Source: Obrimoposthia wandeli (taxonomy: Eukaryota). From it: DNA of 64,000 bases. The DNA lies in contig CDROCS010000644.1 in the NCBI GenBank assembly GCA_977020255.1, positions 1 to 64,000 of the forward strand, read 5' to 3'. Position numbers and translations under genes: made by a program. Shown one piece after another: positions 1 through 9,708 of the stretch (positions are counted from its first letter, which is position 1; each line of letters starts with the position of its first letter). The notes below the pieces were generated by a model that worked only from the letters and a program-made list of their open reading frames with translations, ran no database searches and was not told where the DNA came from.

Positions 1-2
1 TA

Positions 3-521
3 AAACAACAAGACTTATTTGACGGGAAAAATAAAATACGTTTTTTAAGTTTATTAAATCAACAGAATATAAGTTGTAGGAAGGCCAGAGAAGATGATTT
101 GATGACTGTTTATAATTGGTCTAATGATATTTTAGTAAGAAAAAACTCATACAATTCTAATCCTATTTTATTAGAAGATCATAGCAATTGGTTTTTAAGA
201 AAAATAAAAGATTTCAAAGTGCTTTTCTTAATTGTTGAGATAAATAATAAACCGGCAGGTATTGTGCGTTATGAGATCTCAGACTCAAATGCTGTTGTAA
301 GTGTTTTAGTTTCCAAAGCTTATCGAGGACAAAAATTAGCCAGTATTTTTTTAGAAGAAGGAGCAAGAACATATTTTGAAAAATATGACCAACCTATTTT
401 AGCTTATATTAAAAAAGAAAATATAGCATCAGTATACTTCGTTCAGTTATTGCTCAAATGTGCTTCATATATTTTAAAGAAGAAGCTACTCAAGGAAATT
501 GTAGTTTTGTATATAAATTAG
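3..521 (+). CDS. C-terminal part of PseG-PseH-like fusion (sugar-nucleotide hydrolase tail + GNAT N-acetyltransferase), 5' partial
   Basis: Frame is open from base 3 (KHKDLFDGKNKIRF...CRKAREDDLMTVYNWSND). GNAT motifs VSVLVSKAYRGQKLA and KENIASV are present. It lies directly before pseI. The 3' tail looks frameshifted. Confidence 0.7.
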   Translation, partial: KQQDLFDGKNKIRFLSLLNQQNISCRKAREDDLMTVYNWSNDILVRKNSYNSNPILLEDHSNWFLRKIKDFKVLFLIVEINNKPAGIVRYEISDSNAVVSVLVSKAYRGQKLASIFLEEGARTYFEKYDQPILAYIKKENIASVYFVQLLLKCASYILKKKLLKEIVVLYIN

Positions 522-530
522 AAAAGAATT

Positions 531-1557
531 ATGTTGTTAAGTAAGTGTTTTATTATAGCAGAGCTATCTGCTAACCACGGAGGTGATATTGAAATAGCAA
601 AAGAAACTGTTAGAGCTGCTAAACGCGCAGGGGCAGATGCTATAAAGCTACAAACTTATACAGCGGATACTATAACATTAAATGTTAAGTCAGATGTATT
701 TAAAATAAATCAAGGAACAGCTTGGGATGGACAATATTTATATGATTTATATAAAGAAGCTTCTTTGCCATGGGAATGGCATAAAGAAATATACGATTTA
801 GCTGCAGAAGAAGGGCTTGTTTGTTTTTCATCACCATTTGATGATTTTTAACTTGATAGATTTTTAAGAAAAATTAGACCTCCCTGTTTACAAAGTAACT
901 TCTTTTTAGGTGAATATACCATTGATAGAATATATTGCTTCTAAGAAAAAGCCTATTATTATATCTACAGGAATAGCTACAATAGAAGATGTTGAGTTAG
1001 CGATTGAAGCTTGTAAAAAAATGGGAAATAATGATATTACTATTTTAAAATGTACCTCTGCTTATCCAGCGGATCCAAAAGACGCTAATTTACTTACAAT
1101 ACCTGATATTGTTAAAAAGTTTGGTGTTAAATCAGGATTGTCTGATCATACAATGGGGATAGAAGGACCTATGGTTGCAGTTGCCTTAGGAGCAAGAGTA
1201 ATAGAAAAACATTTTATATTAGATAAGAAAATTGGAGGAGCTGATGCTCATTTTTCATTAGATGAACAAGAGTTTACTGAAATGGTAAAAGCTGTAAGAT
1301 TAACTGAAAAATTAATGGGTAAAGTAGATTATGAAATGACAGAGAAAAAGAAGTCTAGTAGAAATTTTTCCAGATCATTATTTATAAGTGAGGATGTAAA
1401 AGAAGGAGATGAGATTACTCCTTTTAATATTAAATCTGTTAGACCAGGAATAGGTTTGCACACTAAGCATTATCAGGAAATCTTAGGTAAAAAATTCAAT
1501 AAAAATTTAAAAAAAGGAACTCCAGTAAGTTTTTTACAAATTATAGCTAATGAATAG
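531..1557 (+). pseudogene. pseI: Pseudaminic acid synthase (NeuB family, SAF domain), split into two ORFs
   Basis: FIIAELSANHGG, ADAIKLQTYTADT, LKCTSAYP, GLSDHT, IEKHF and a C-terminal SAF domain. Between 849 and 909 there is a frameshift plus two in-frame stops. True pseudogene or sequencing error. Confidence 0.8.
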
Positions 1558-1654
1558 TAACGATATTCTAAAAAAAATAGAATTAAACTATTCAGTAGAA
1601 AACTTAAAGTATGATAATGTTCATATTTTTATTAAACCTTACTTATTAGATTAG
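1550..1654 (+). pseudogene. 34-codon N-terminal remnant of a polysaccharide-locus gene
   Basis: ATG overlaps the pseI stop as in coupled operon genes (MNSNDILKKIELNYSVENLKYDNVHIF...). It is followed by about 210 bp without an ORF. Confidence 0.35.
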
Positions 1655-1866
1655 AGAAAGTATAACAACATCTATATGGTTAAGAGTTTATAAACATAAA
1701 AAGTAATTGAGTTACAGTATCGAATAATAAATAAAGAACATCGTGCATGTAATTCGCATAAAGATTTACGTATGGTTTCATTGAAAGTTTCATTTATTTT
1801 TTAAAAAAATAAGTGCATTGAATAGTTAATTACACGAATCTTATTAAAGCGTATAAAAGGTTTTAG

Positions 1867-3147
1867 ATGTTAAAAAAAATATTAAATTCTAATTTATTAA
1901 AATCCAGTTTAATTTATTCCTTTTTTGGTTTATTAAGTACAGCAGTACCATTTTTATTACTGCCAATGTTAACTTCTTATCTCGCCAGAAGAATATTTAT
2001 ATGTAGTTGTTACCAATTTTTTCAAATTTTAGCAGCAGTAATAGGAATTAATGTATTTGTATCAGTAAGTAGGTTTTATATAGATAAAAATAAAATAGAC
2101 TTTTCATTGTATTTAAGTTCAATAATCTTATTTACAATTATTAGTGGCGTGTTATTTCTTGTTTTTACCCCAATAATAATCGTATCTACTAATAAGTTTT
2201 TAAACTTAAATATTGATAGTTTGTTTGTAGTATCTTTAATAATATACACATTATTACATCAATTATCTGAAATTAAGTTTTCCATTTTACTAATGGATGA
2301 AAAGCCATTTATCTTTGGATTACTTAAAACAATAAAAACTATTTTAGATGTAGGGTTGTCTATTTTTCTAATTATTTACCTTCATATGAAATGGGAAGGT
2401 AGAATAATTGGGCAATTTTTAGGAATGTTTTTTATTGCTATTTATATGGTTTATAGATTAAAAAAAGAATTTAATTTAACTTTTAAAATAAGTTATGATT
2501 ATCTAAAACAAGCTATAATTTATAGTTTTCCTATTTCTTTGCATTTAATAGCAGCATTTATATTAGGCTATATAGATCGTATTTTTATAATTAAAATGGT
2601 TGGCACTACAGAGGCAGGGTTATATTCTGTAGCATATCAAGTAGGGTTAGGTATAGCTTTAGTACAATCTTCATTTAATAAAGCCTGGGTACCTTATGCT
2701 TTTAAAGAGCTAGAGTTTAATGAAAATTTATTAAGTAAAATAAAGTTAGTTAAAATAACCTATTTTTATATTTTATTTTTATTGTTAATTGTATTTATAT
2801 TTTATTTTTTAATAGATACGGTTTTTTATTTTTTGATAGATGAAGCCTATTCCGAAGCTAAACAATATGTTATTTGGATTGCATTAGGTTACGCTTTTAA
2901 TGGGATGTATAATATGGTAAATATATATTTTTTCTACTTAAAGAAAACAAAAATATTAGCGATGCTATCAATTAGTGTTGGTGTAAGTAATATTATATTA
3001 AATTATTTTTTAATAGATTATTTTGGAACTGTAGGAGCAGCTTATGCAACCTGTTTGTCTTTTTTATTGCAATTTATTGTTATAGGGTATTTATCAAACA
3101 AATATTACCCAATGCCTTGGTTTAAATTCTTAAATAAAAATAAATAA
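1867..3147 (+). CDS. wzx: Wzx/RfbX-type polysaccharide flippase
   Basis: Highly hydrophobic multi-pass protein. PFLLLPML, GYIDRIFI, GLYSVAYQVG and GAAYAT motifs. Located in the polysaccharide locus. Confidence 0.88.
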   Translation: MLKKILNSNLLKSSLIYSFFGLLSTAVPFLLLPMLTSYLARRIFICSCYQFFQILAAVIGINVFVSVSRFYIDKNKIDFSLYLSSIILFTIISGVLFLVFTPIIIVSTNKFLNLNIDSLFVVSLIIYTLLHQLSEIKFSILLMDEKPFIFGLLKTIKTILDVGLSIFLIIYLHMKWEGRIIGQFLGMFFIAIYMVYRLKKEFNLTFKISYDYLKQAIIYSFPISLHLIAAFILGYIDRIFIIKMVGTTEAGLYSVAYQVGLGIALVQSSFNKAWVPYAFKELEFNENLLSKIKLVKITYFYILFLLLIVFIFYFLIDTVFYFLIDEAYSEAKQYVIWIALGYAFNGMYNMVNIYFFYLKKTKILAMLSISVGVSNIILNYFLIDYFGTVGAAYATCLSFLLQFIVIGYLSNKYYPMPWFKFLNKNK

Positions 3148-3174
3148 ATTATAATTTTTTAAAGATATGTTATC

Positions 3175-3927
3175 ATGAAATACTTCTTATCAGAACCTAA
3201 ATATATTATTAACGACTTAATAACACCTCTAAAAGAAGAGTATAAAGCCGATTACTTAAGTTTGAAAAAAAAAGGGTTTTTTATTAAAGAAAACTTTATA
3301 GATGAAGAAACCTGTGAGCTTTTAATAAAAGAAATAGACTCTCTTATAGAACAAAATATATTTTCATGGAGAGATGAAAAAAAAAGTGATACAAGAATTT
3401 TTGGAGTTGAAAGAAAGCTTAAAGAAGCTAATATATTTAATAAGGAAATAAATGAAGCGATATTTAATAAATATATAGGTAAAAAAAATGATTCTTTTAT
3501 TCTTGCAAACAAGTTGGTCTCTCAACAAGATAATCTAGGTAGTGGTGGTGGATGGCACAGAGATAGTATTAATCGAAAACAATTAAAATTTATCCTTTAT
3601 TTAACGGATGTTTCAGAAGATAATGGTTGTTTTCAGTATGTAGAAGAAAGCCATAATATACTAACGAAGTTTAGTTTTAATAGGGAGCTTAAAAAACGTT
3701 TTTCAGACACAAGATACTCTGAAAAAGAAATTTATCATTTAGTAGATAAATATAAATTAAAGATAAGGGATTTTATAGGGAAAAAAGGGACTTTGTTAGT
3801 CGTAGATACTAGTGGTATACATAGGGGGAAACCTATTAAAAAAGGTGCTAGATATGCCCTTACTAATTACCTTTTTGATGCAGAAATACCAGAGCATTTA
3901 AAAAAAATATTAATTAATGAGGGTTGA
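3175..3927 (+). CDS. Fe(II)/2-oxoglutarate-dependent dioxygenase, PhyH-like
   Basis: WHRD (HxD), distal IHRG and downstream RYALTNY, plus YLTDV...NGCFQYV...SH typical of the PhyH fold. Confidence 0.8.
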   Translation: MKYFLSEPKYIINDLITPLKEEYKADYLSLKKKGFFIKENFIDEETCELLIKEIDSLIEQNIFSWRDEKKSDTRIFGVERKLKEANIFNKEINEAIFNKYIGKKNDSFILANKLVSQQDNLGSGGGWHRDSINRKQLKFILYLTDVSEDNGCFQYVEESHNILTKFSFNRELKKRFSDTRYSEKEIYHLVDKYKLKIRDFIGKKGTLLVVDTSGIHRGKPIKKGARYALTNYLFDAEIPEHLKKILINEG

Positions 3928-4170
3928 ATATGCTATACTAGGTGATTTATTTCCGTATTTTGTATAAGTTTTATTTTTTGAGCAAAAAGAGAAGGGAGAT
4001 TGGACCTAAAAGACGGGTTTCTAATTGTTTTTATAGTTTTTTTCCTATACAAAATAATGTATCCATTAATAGAAGTTTTTTTTTGTGTTTTTATTACTTA
4101 ATTCAATAAAGTAGATAAAAGTAAAAAAATCATAATATTTAAATTAGCAAACACCCCTAATATAGTTAAA

Positions 4171-5091
4171 ATGTTGAAAAACAAAAAAGGTTTATTTATA
4201 ATAGAGTCTCCATTACAATTAATGTGTGCTTATGAAGCTATAAAAGAGTTTAAAATAGAAAAAGTTAAGGTAATTGCAAGACTAGCAGACAGAGGGGGGC
4301 GAAATAATGAACAAATGCTTTTAATGTTAAAAGAGTTGTTGTCGGATTATCACGTTAAAAAAGTGTACTTAAAACCACAAGATAAGTCTTTAAAAAGTAT
4401 TGTACTTTCTTTAGGGTTAGTTTTAGAAACACTATTTTTATATAGTTTAAATTATCGTGTATTTATAGGGTATTATAATTCTAAATTCGCAAAATTATTA
4501 ACCTTCGTTGTGAAGTCTAGCAGAAAAGTATATCTTGATGATGGAACAGCATCGTTAAGTTATCCTGAATCAATATTAAAATCGAAGTCTTATATATTTT
4601 CAATATTTGATTTTTCAACTCCTTTTTTCATAAAAAATAAATTTACTCATTTGTCAAAATATTTATTTTTAGTAAATAAAAAGAAAAGGAAAGAAGTTAT
4701 TGTGTTTATTGGTTGTCCAATATCAGAATTAGATGATTGTAATGCAGATAAATATTTTGAAATTATCTTAAAAGTAAAAAATAAACATAATAAGGTAGAT
4801 TTTTTATATTTTCCGCATCGAAGGGAGTTAAAAGAAGATTTGGATAAAATAGGCTCTTTTGGTATAGAGGTGGTTTATAATAAATATCCGATAGAATTGT
4901 TTTATTTGGAGTTTCCTAATTACCACCCCAAAGTAATCGCTACTATTTTTTCAACAGCAATGTTTACGATGAATTCGATTTATAATTCTTTTGTTATTTT
5001 ATGTTCAGGTATTTTGGTTAAAGACAGTAAAGGCTTAGATAAAGTTCTTGTAGAGGTAAAAAAAATAAAAAAAATAGAAAATATTTACTAA
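4171..5091 (+). CDS. Putative CMP-nonulosonate (sialyltransferase-like) glycosyltransferase
   Basis: N-terminal ESPLQL, YLDDGT (D/E-D/E-G-like), FPHRRE (HP-like) and PIE...FSTA. Sits next to the pse genes. Confidence 0.6.
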   Translation: MLKNKKGLFIIESPLQLMCAYEAIKEFKIEKVKVIARLADRGGRNNEQMLLMLKELLSDYHVKKVYLKPQDKSLKSIVLSLGLVLETLFLYSLNYRVFIGYYNSKFAKLLTFVVKSSRKVYLDDGTASLSYPESILKSKSYIFSIFDFSTPFFIKNKFTHLSKYLFLVNKKKRKEVIVFIGCPISELDDCNADKYFEIILKVKNKHNKVDFLYFPHRRELKEDLDKIGSFGIEVVYNKYPIELFYLEFPNYHPKVIATIFSTAMFTMNSIYNSFVILCSGILVKDSKGLDKVLVEVKKIKKIENIY

Positions 5092-5096
5092 GCTAT

Positions 5097-6119
5097 ATGT
5101 CTTTAGAATTTATTATATATACATGTATTACGTTTGTTTTACTTATAACAGCTTTTATAAGCAGTGAAAAACGGTTGTCGAGTAAATTTATTCGATTTTT
5201 TTATGCAGTAATTATATTATATTTCCATATTAGTATCTGGTCTTTTCCACAAGCAGACATGATTAACTATCGGAACAGCATGGATTACCCTCTTAAATTA
5301 ATGCTAATACATCCGTATTATTTTAAGGAGTTTTTATTTTGGTTTTCATCTTCATTTATAGCTAATTTATTTGGTTCAGCGGATTATGCGCTTTATTTTT
5401 GGGGCTTAATAACATTTTGGGCTGTTTTAAAAATTAGAAAAAATTTAAATTTAAATGACTCATACATCCTTTTATATTATGCATCATTTATAACGTTGTT
5501 GGGTGTCGAAAATATTTATAGGCAATTTGTAGGAACTACATTTTTGATATTAGCAATTTCTTACCTAATGAATAATAAAGGAAAAAAATCTTTATTATTT
5601 TTTTTAGTAGCAATTTTTTCACATAATGTAATGTTTTTGTTTTTTCCTTTGTATTTTTTGTCATTTCGAATCTTTCGTAAAAACTGGAAGGTAGTAACCT
5701 TTATGATTCTTTTTGTAGAAGCATTACTTTTTCCATTAGCAATGGGAACAAAATCAGGAGCGGAAACAGGTATGAGCTTAAGCGGTGTTTACTTATTTGC
5801 GATTCTTATGGTGTTTTTACCAATAATAATTGCCTATTATTTTAAAGGTTTGAAAATAAGGGTAGGAGATTTGCAGATTTTTGGTTTTGTATTTGGAACT
5901 TTTATTGTCTCTTTTCTATTTCTAGGAGGTATTTCAGAACGGGTAGGAATGATATGTTTAATGTTAATTCAACCATTTGCATTATACATTTATGATAAGC
6001 AGAAAACACTAAATGGAATTTTATTAAGGAATTATATATTACTTATATATGTGATTCCTTCTTATTTATTTGGAGCAACACTCTATTTTTTAGAAAACAA
6101 AAAAGTATTCGCACATTAA
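5097..6119 (+). CDS. EpsG-family / Wzy-like polysaccharide polymerase
   Basis: Multi-TM protein with DMINY, ENIYRQF, AIFSHN and ERV motifs typical of the EpsG family. Confidence 0.7.
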   Translation: MSLEFIIYTCITFVLLITAFISSEKRLSSKFIRFFYAVIILYFHISIWSFPQADMINYRNSMDYPLKLMLIHPYYFKEFLFWFSSSFIANLFGSADYALYFWGLITFWAVLKIRKNLNLNDSYILLYYASFITLLGVENIYRQFVGTTFLILAISYLMNNKGKKSLLFFLVAIFSHNVMFLFFPLYFLSFRIFRKNWKVVTFMILFVEALLFPLAMGTKSGAETGMSLSGVYLFAILMVFLPIIIAYYFKGLKIRVGDLQIFGFVFGTFIVSFLFLGGISERVGMICLMLIQPFALYIYDKQKTLNGILLRNYILLIYVIPSYLFGATLYFLENKKVFAH

Positions 6120-6220
6120 ATAATTAAAATAAAAAACAGATAGTAATTATTGTATTTTTTTAGAGATGCAAATATTTTAAATTAAATATCTTTTAAAGAA
6201 GTAAAAGAAAATAATATTCA

Positions 6221-6970
6221 ATGAATAATAAAGTATCCATAATTACACCATCTTATAATTCAAGTTCTTTTATTAAAGAAACAATTAATTCCGTAATAAA
6301 TCAAACTTACCAAGACTGGGAAATGATTATTGTTGATGATTGTTCAAAAGATAATTCTGTAGCATATATAAACAAGCTTATCGCAAATGAAAGCAGAATT
6401 AAATTAATAGCACTAGAAAAAAATGTAGGAGCGGCAGCAGCACGAAATATTGCTTTAAGAAAAGCAGCAGGAAATTTTATTGCATTTTTAGATAGCGATG
6501 ATACATGGTATCCTAAAAAATTAGAAGTTCAATTAAAATTTATGGAGGAGAATGATGTTGCATTTTCTTTTTCGGATTATGACGTGATTGAAGCTTCTGG
6601 AAAACATACCAATAAAACGATTAAAGTTCCTAAAGAGATAACCTATAAAAAATATTTATCTAATACTATTATTGGATGTTTAACAGTGGTTATCAATAAA
6701 GATAAAGTAGGTTATTTTGAGATGCCAAATATAAAATCTAGCCACGATATGGCACTTTGGTTATTGATACTTAAAAAAGGCTTTTCAGCATATGGAATCA
6801 ATCAAACGTTAGCAAGTTACAGGTTAGTAGCCACTTCAAATACCGCGAATAAAAGCAAAGCGGCAAAAGATGTTTGGAAAGTGTATCGAAATGTAGAGAA
6901 ATTATCAATTTTAAGAAGTACATACTGTTTTTTAGGATATGCCTTTAATGCCATTAAAAAAAGAATATAA
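6221..6970 (+). CDS. Glycosyltransferase family 2 (TuaG-like)
   Basis: VSIITPSYN, IIVDDCSKD, GAAAARN, AFLDSDD. Confidence 0.92.
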   Translation: MNNKVSIITPSYNSSSFIKETINSVINQTYQDWEMIIVDDCSKDNSVAYINKLIANESRIKLIALEKNVGAAAARNIALRKAAGNFIAFLDSDDTWYPKKLEVQLKFMEENDVAFSFSDYDVIEASGKHTNKTIKVPKEITYKKYLSNTIIGCLTVVINKDKVGYFEMPNIKSSHDMALWLLILKKGFSAYGINQTLASYRLVATSNTANKSKAAKDVWKVYRNVEKLSILRSTYCFLGYAFNAIKKRI

Positions 6971-6972
6971 AG

Positions 6973-7557
6973 ATGAAACTACTTTTTGATAAAATCATGT
7001 CTTTTTTTGGCTTGATACTCCTATTTCCTTTGTTTATAATTGTGTATTTTTTAATAAAGATAAAAATGCCAGGTGGAAATCCTGTTTTTACTCAAAAAAG
7101 AGTAGGAGTTGAAGGGAAATTATTTACGTTATATAAATTTAGATCGATGATTGTATCTCATTCAGGCTCTTCAATTTCAGTAGCGGGGGAAAATAGAATA
7201 ACCCCTTTTGGTGCTATTATTAGAAAATATAAAATAGATGAGTTACCAGCTCTTTGGAATGTTTTAAAAGGAGAAATGAGTCTTGTAGGACCAAGACCAG
7301 ATGTAGCTGGTTATGCTGATAAATTAATAGGTAATGATAGATTGATTTTAAAATTAAGACCAGGAATTACAGGTTCTGCGAGTTTAAAGTATTCTAATGA
7401 AGAAGAAATATTAGCAAAACAACAAGATCCTATTAAATATAATAATGAAATAATTTATCCAGATAAAGTAAAAATTAATTTAGATTATTATTACAATCAC
7501 AGCTTTATAGGGGATTTAAAAATTATAATTAACACTGTTTTTAGAACAAATTATTAA
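6973..7557 (+). CDS. Initiating phosphoglycosyl (sugar) transferase
   Basis: FTQKRVG, KFRSM, IDELPALWNVLKGEMSLVGPRP, RPGITG. Confidence 0.92.
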   Translation: MKLLFDKIMSFFGLILLFPLFIIVYFLIKIKMPGGNPVFTQKRVGVEGKLFTLYKFRSMIVSHSGSSISVAGENRITPFGAIIRKYKIDELPALWNVLKGEMSLVGPRPDVAGYADKLIGNDRLILKLRPGITGSASLKYSNEEEILAKQQDPIKYNNEIIYPDKVKINLDYYYNHSFIGDLKIIINTVFRTNY

Positions 7558-7558
7558 T

Positions 7559-8695
7559 ATGAAAAATAAAATTTGGCTATCCTCTCCACACATGGGAGGA
7601 ACAGAACAAAAATATGTACAAGAAGCATTTGATACGAATTGGGTAGCACCTTTAGGGCCAAATGTAAACGGATTTGAAAAAGATTTAGAAAATTATATCG
7701 GTGAAAATTTAAGTGTTGCTTGTTTAGTATCTGGTACTTCAGCAATACATTTAGCATTAGTATTATCAGAAGTTACCTTTAATGATGATGTTATTTGTCA
7801 GAGTATGACTTTTTCGGCATCCGCAAACCCTATAAAATACCAAGGCGCAAATCCTGTTTTTATCGATAGCGAAAAAGATACTTGGAATATGTGTCCGATA
7901 GCCTTAGAAGAAGCTATTGAAAAAGGAATATTAAAAGGTAAAAAACCAAAAGCTATTATTGTGGTTCATTTATATGGAATGCCAGCAAAAATGGATGAAA
8001 TTGTTGCTATTTCAAAAAAATATGGTATTTCTTTAATTGAGGATGCAGCAGAAGCATTAGGAGCTACTTATAAAGGACAAAAATGTGGAACATTTGGTGA
8101 TTTCGGAATATTATCTTTCAATGGAAATAAAATTATTACCACTTCAGGAGGAGGTGCTTTAGTTTGTAAATCAGAAAAAGAGAAACAAAAAGCCATCTTT
8201 TTAGCAACCCAGGCACGAGATGATGCGCCGCATTATCAGCATTCAGAAGTAGGCTATAATTATAGAATGAGCAATGTTGTAGCGGGTATTGGTAGAGGGC
8301 AGATGGAAGTGTTAGATAAGCACATTGGTTATCGAAGAGCGAATAATTCATTTTATCAAGAATTATTTAAAGATATTGATGGGGTAACGGTATTTACAGA
8401 ACCTAGCAATGACTATTTTTCGAATCACTGGTTAAGCGCCATAATTATAGATGAAACTAAAACTGGTTTTACTAATGAAGACTTTCGTTTAGCATTAGAA
8501 AAAGAGAATATAGAAACGCGTCCGCTATGGAAGCCAATGCATTTACAACCTGTTTTTAAAGAATGTGCATATTACGGAACTACAGTGTCGGAAAATTTAT
8601 TTGAAAATGGTTTGTGTTTGCCAAGTGGTTCAAATTTAACAGCTGATGATAGAAATAGAATTAAAGAAGCTGTACATAAATTATTGAAAAAATAA
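7559..8695 (+). CDS. DegT/DnrJ/EryC1/StrS sugar aminotransferase (PglE/EpsN-like)
   Basis: IWLSSPHMGG, SGTSAIHLAL, IEDAAEALG, SFNGNKIITTSGGG, GYNYRMSN. Confidence 0.93.
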   Translation: MKNKIWLSSPHMGGTEQKYVQEAFDTNWVAPLGPNVNGFEKDLENYIGENLSVACLVSGTSAIHLALVLSEVTFNDDVICQSMTFSASANPIKYQGANPVFIDSEKDTWNMCPIALEEAIEKGILKGKKPKAIIVVHLYGMPAKMDEIVAISKKYGISLIEDAAEALGATYKGQKCGTFGDFGILSFNGNKIITTSGGGALVCKSEKEKQKAIFLATQARDDAPHYQHSEVGYNYRMSNVVAGIGRGQMEVLDKHIGYRRANNSFYQELFKDIDGVTVFTEPSNDYFSNHWLSAIIIDETKTGFTNEDFRLALEKENIETRPLWKPMHLQPVFKECAYYGTTVSENLFENGLCLPSGSNLTADDRNRIKEAVHKLLKK

Positions 8696-8726
8696 TTACT
8701 AAAAAAGATATAGAAATAAAGTATAT

Positions 8727-8764
8727 AAAAAATAAGCTCAGGGTAATTCTTGAGCTTATTTTTT
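8727..8764 (+). terminator. Intrinsic terminator
   Basis: aaaaaataagctca ... tgagcttatttttt hairpin with T-tract after the aminotransferase. Confidence 0.75.
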
Positions 8765-8792
8765 ATAAATTAGACGATATTATCAAAAAAAA

Positions 8793-9668
8793 ATGAAAGG
8801 CATAATTTTAGCAGGCGGATCAGGAACACGATTGTATCCTATTACAAAAGGTGTATCAAAACAATTACTTCCTGTGTACGATAAGCCGATGATTTATTAT
8901 CCGTTATCGGTATTAATGTTGGCAGGTATCAAAGAAATATTAATTATTTCTACTCCTGTAGATTTACCTAATTTCGAAAAATTATTGGGTGACGGAACAG
9001 ACTTAGGAATCCAATTAAGTTATGCCGAGCAACCATCTCCTGACGGATTAGCACAGGCATTTATTATAGGCGAAGATTTTATTGGTAATGATGATGTTTG
9101 CTTAATTTTGGGAGATAATATTTTTTATGGACATGGATTGCCCGAAATGTTAGCTTCGGCAATTAATAATGTTCAAAATGATAAAAAAGCAACTATTTTT
9201 GGGTATTATGTAAAAGATGCACAACGCTATGGAGTGGTAGATTTTGATGAAAAAGGGAATGCATTGTCGATAATAGAGAAACCAGAAGAACCAAAATCTA
9301 ATTATGCCGTAGTAGGGTTATATTTTTATCCGAATAACGTAATTGAAGTAGCAAAAAAAGTAAAGCCATCTGAAAGAGGAGAGTTAGAAATAACATCGGT
9401 AAACCAAAGTTATTTAGAAAGTGATACGTTAAAAGTTCAGTTAATGGGCCGTGGTTTTACTTGGTTAGATACTGGTACGCATGATTCTTTATTAGAGGCA
9501 AGTCAGTTTATTGAAACTATAGAAAAACGCCAAGGTTTAAAAGTAGCTTGTTTAGAAGAAATTGCGTTGTATATGGGATATATAACAAAAGAGCAAGTAA
9601 GAAAATTAGCAGCACCGTTGAAAAAGAATGGTTATGGACAGTATTTATTGAATTTAGTGAAAGAGTAA
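8793..9668 (+). CDS. rfbA: Glucose-1-phosphate thymidylyltransferase
   Basis: [42 protein letters not shown]. Confidence 0.97.
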   Translation: MKGIILAGGSGTRLYPITKGVSKQLLPVYDKPMIYYPLSVLMLAGIKEILIISTPVDLPNFEKLLGDGTDLGIQLSYAEQPSPDGLAQAFIIGEDFIGNDDVCLILGDNIFYGHGLPEMLASAINNVQNDKKATIFGYYVKDAQRYGVVDFDEKGNALSIIEKPEEPKSNYAVVGLYFYPNNVIEVAKKVKPSERGELEITSVNQSYLESDTLKVQLMGRGFTWLDTGTHDSLLEASQFIETIEKRQGLKVACLEEIALYMGYITKEQVRKLAAPLKKNGYGQYLLNLVKE

Positions 9669-9708
9669 TAACATATTCGTTTTAATTTAGAATTCAATAT
9701 TGTAGTAG

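Noticed and set aside
3-521. PseG-PseH fusion as a novelty
   Set aside because: Such bifunctional fusions are already annotated in Bacteroidota pse loci, and the gene is only partly in the window.
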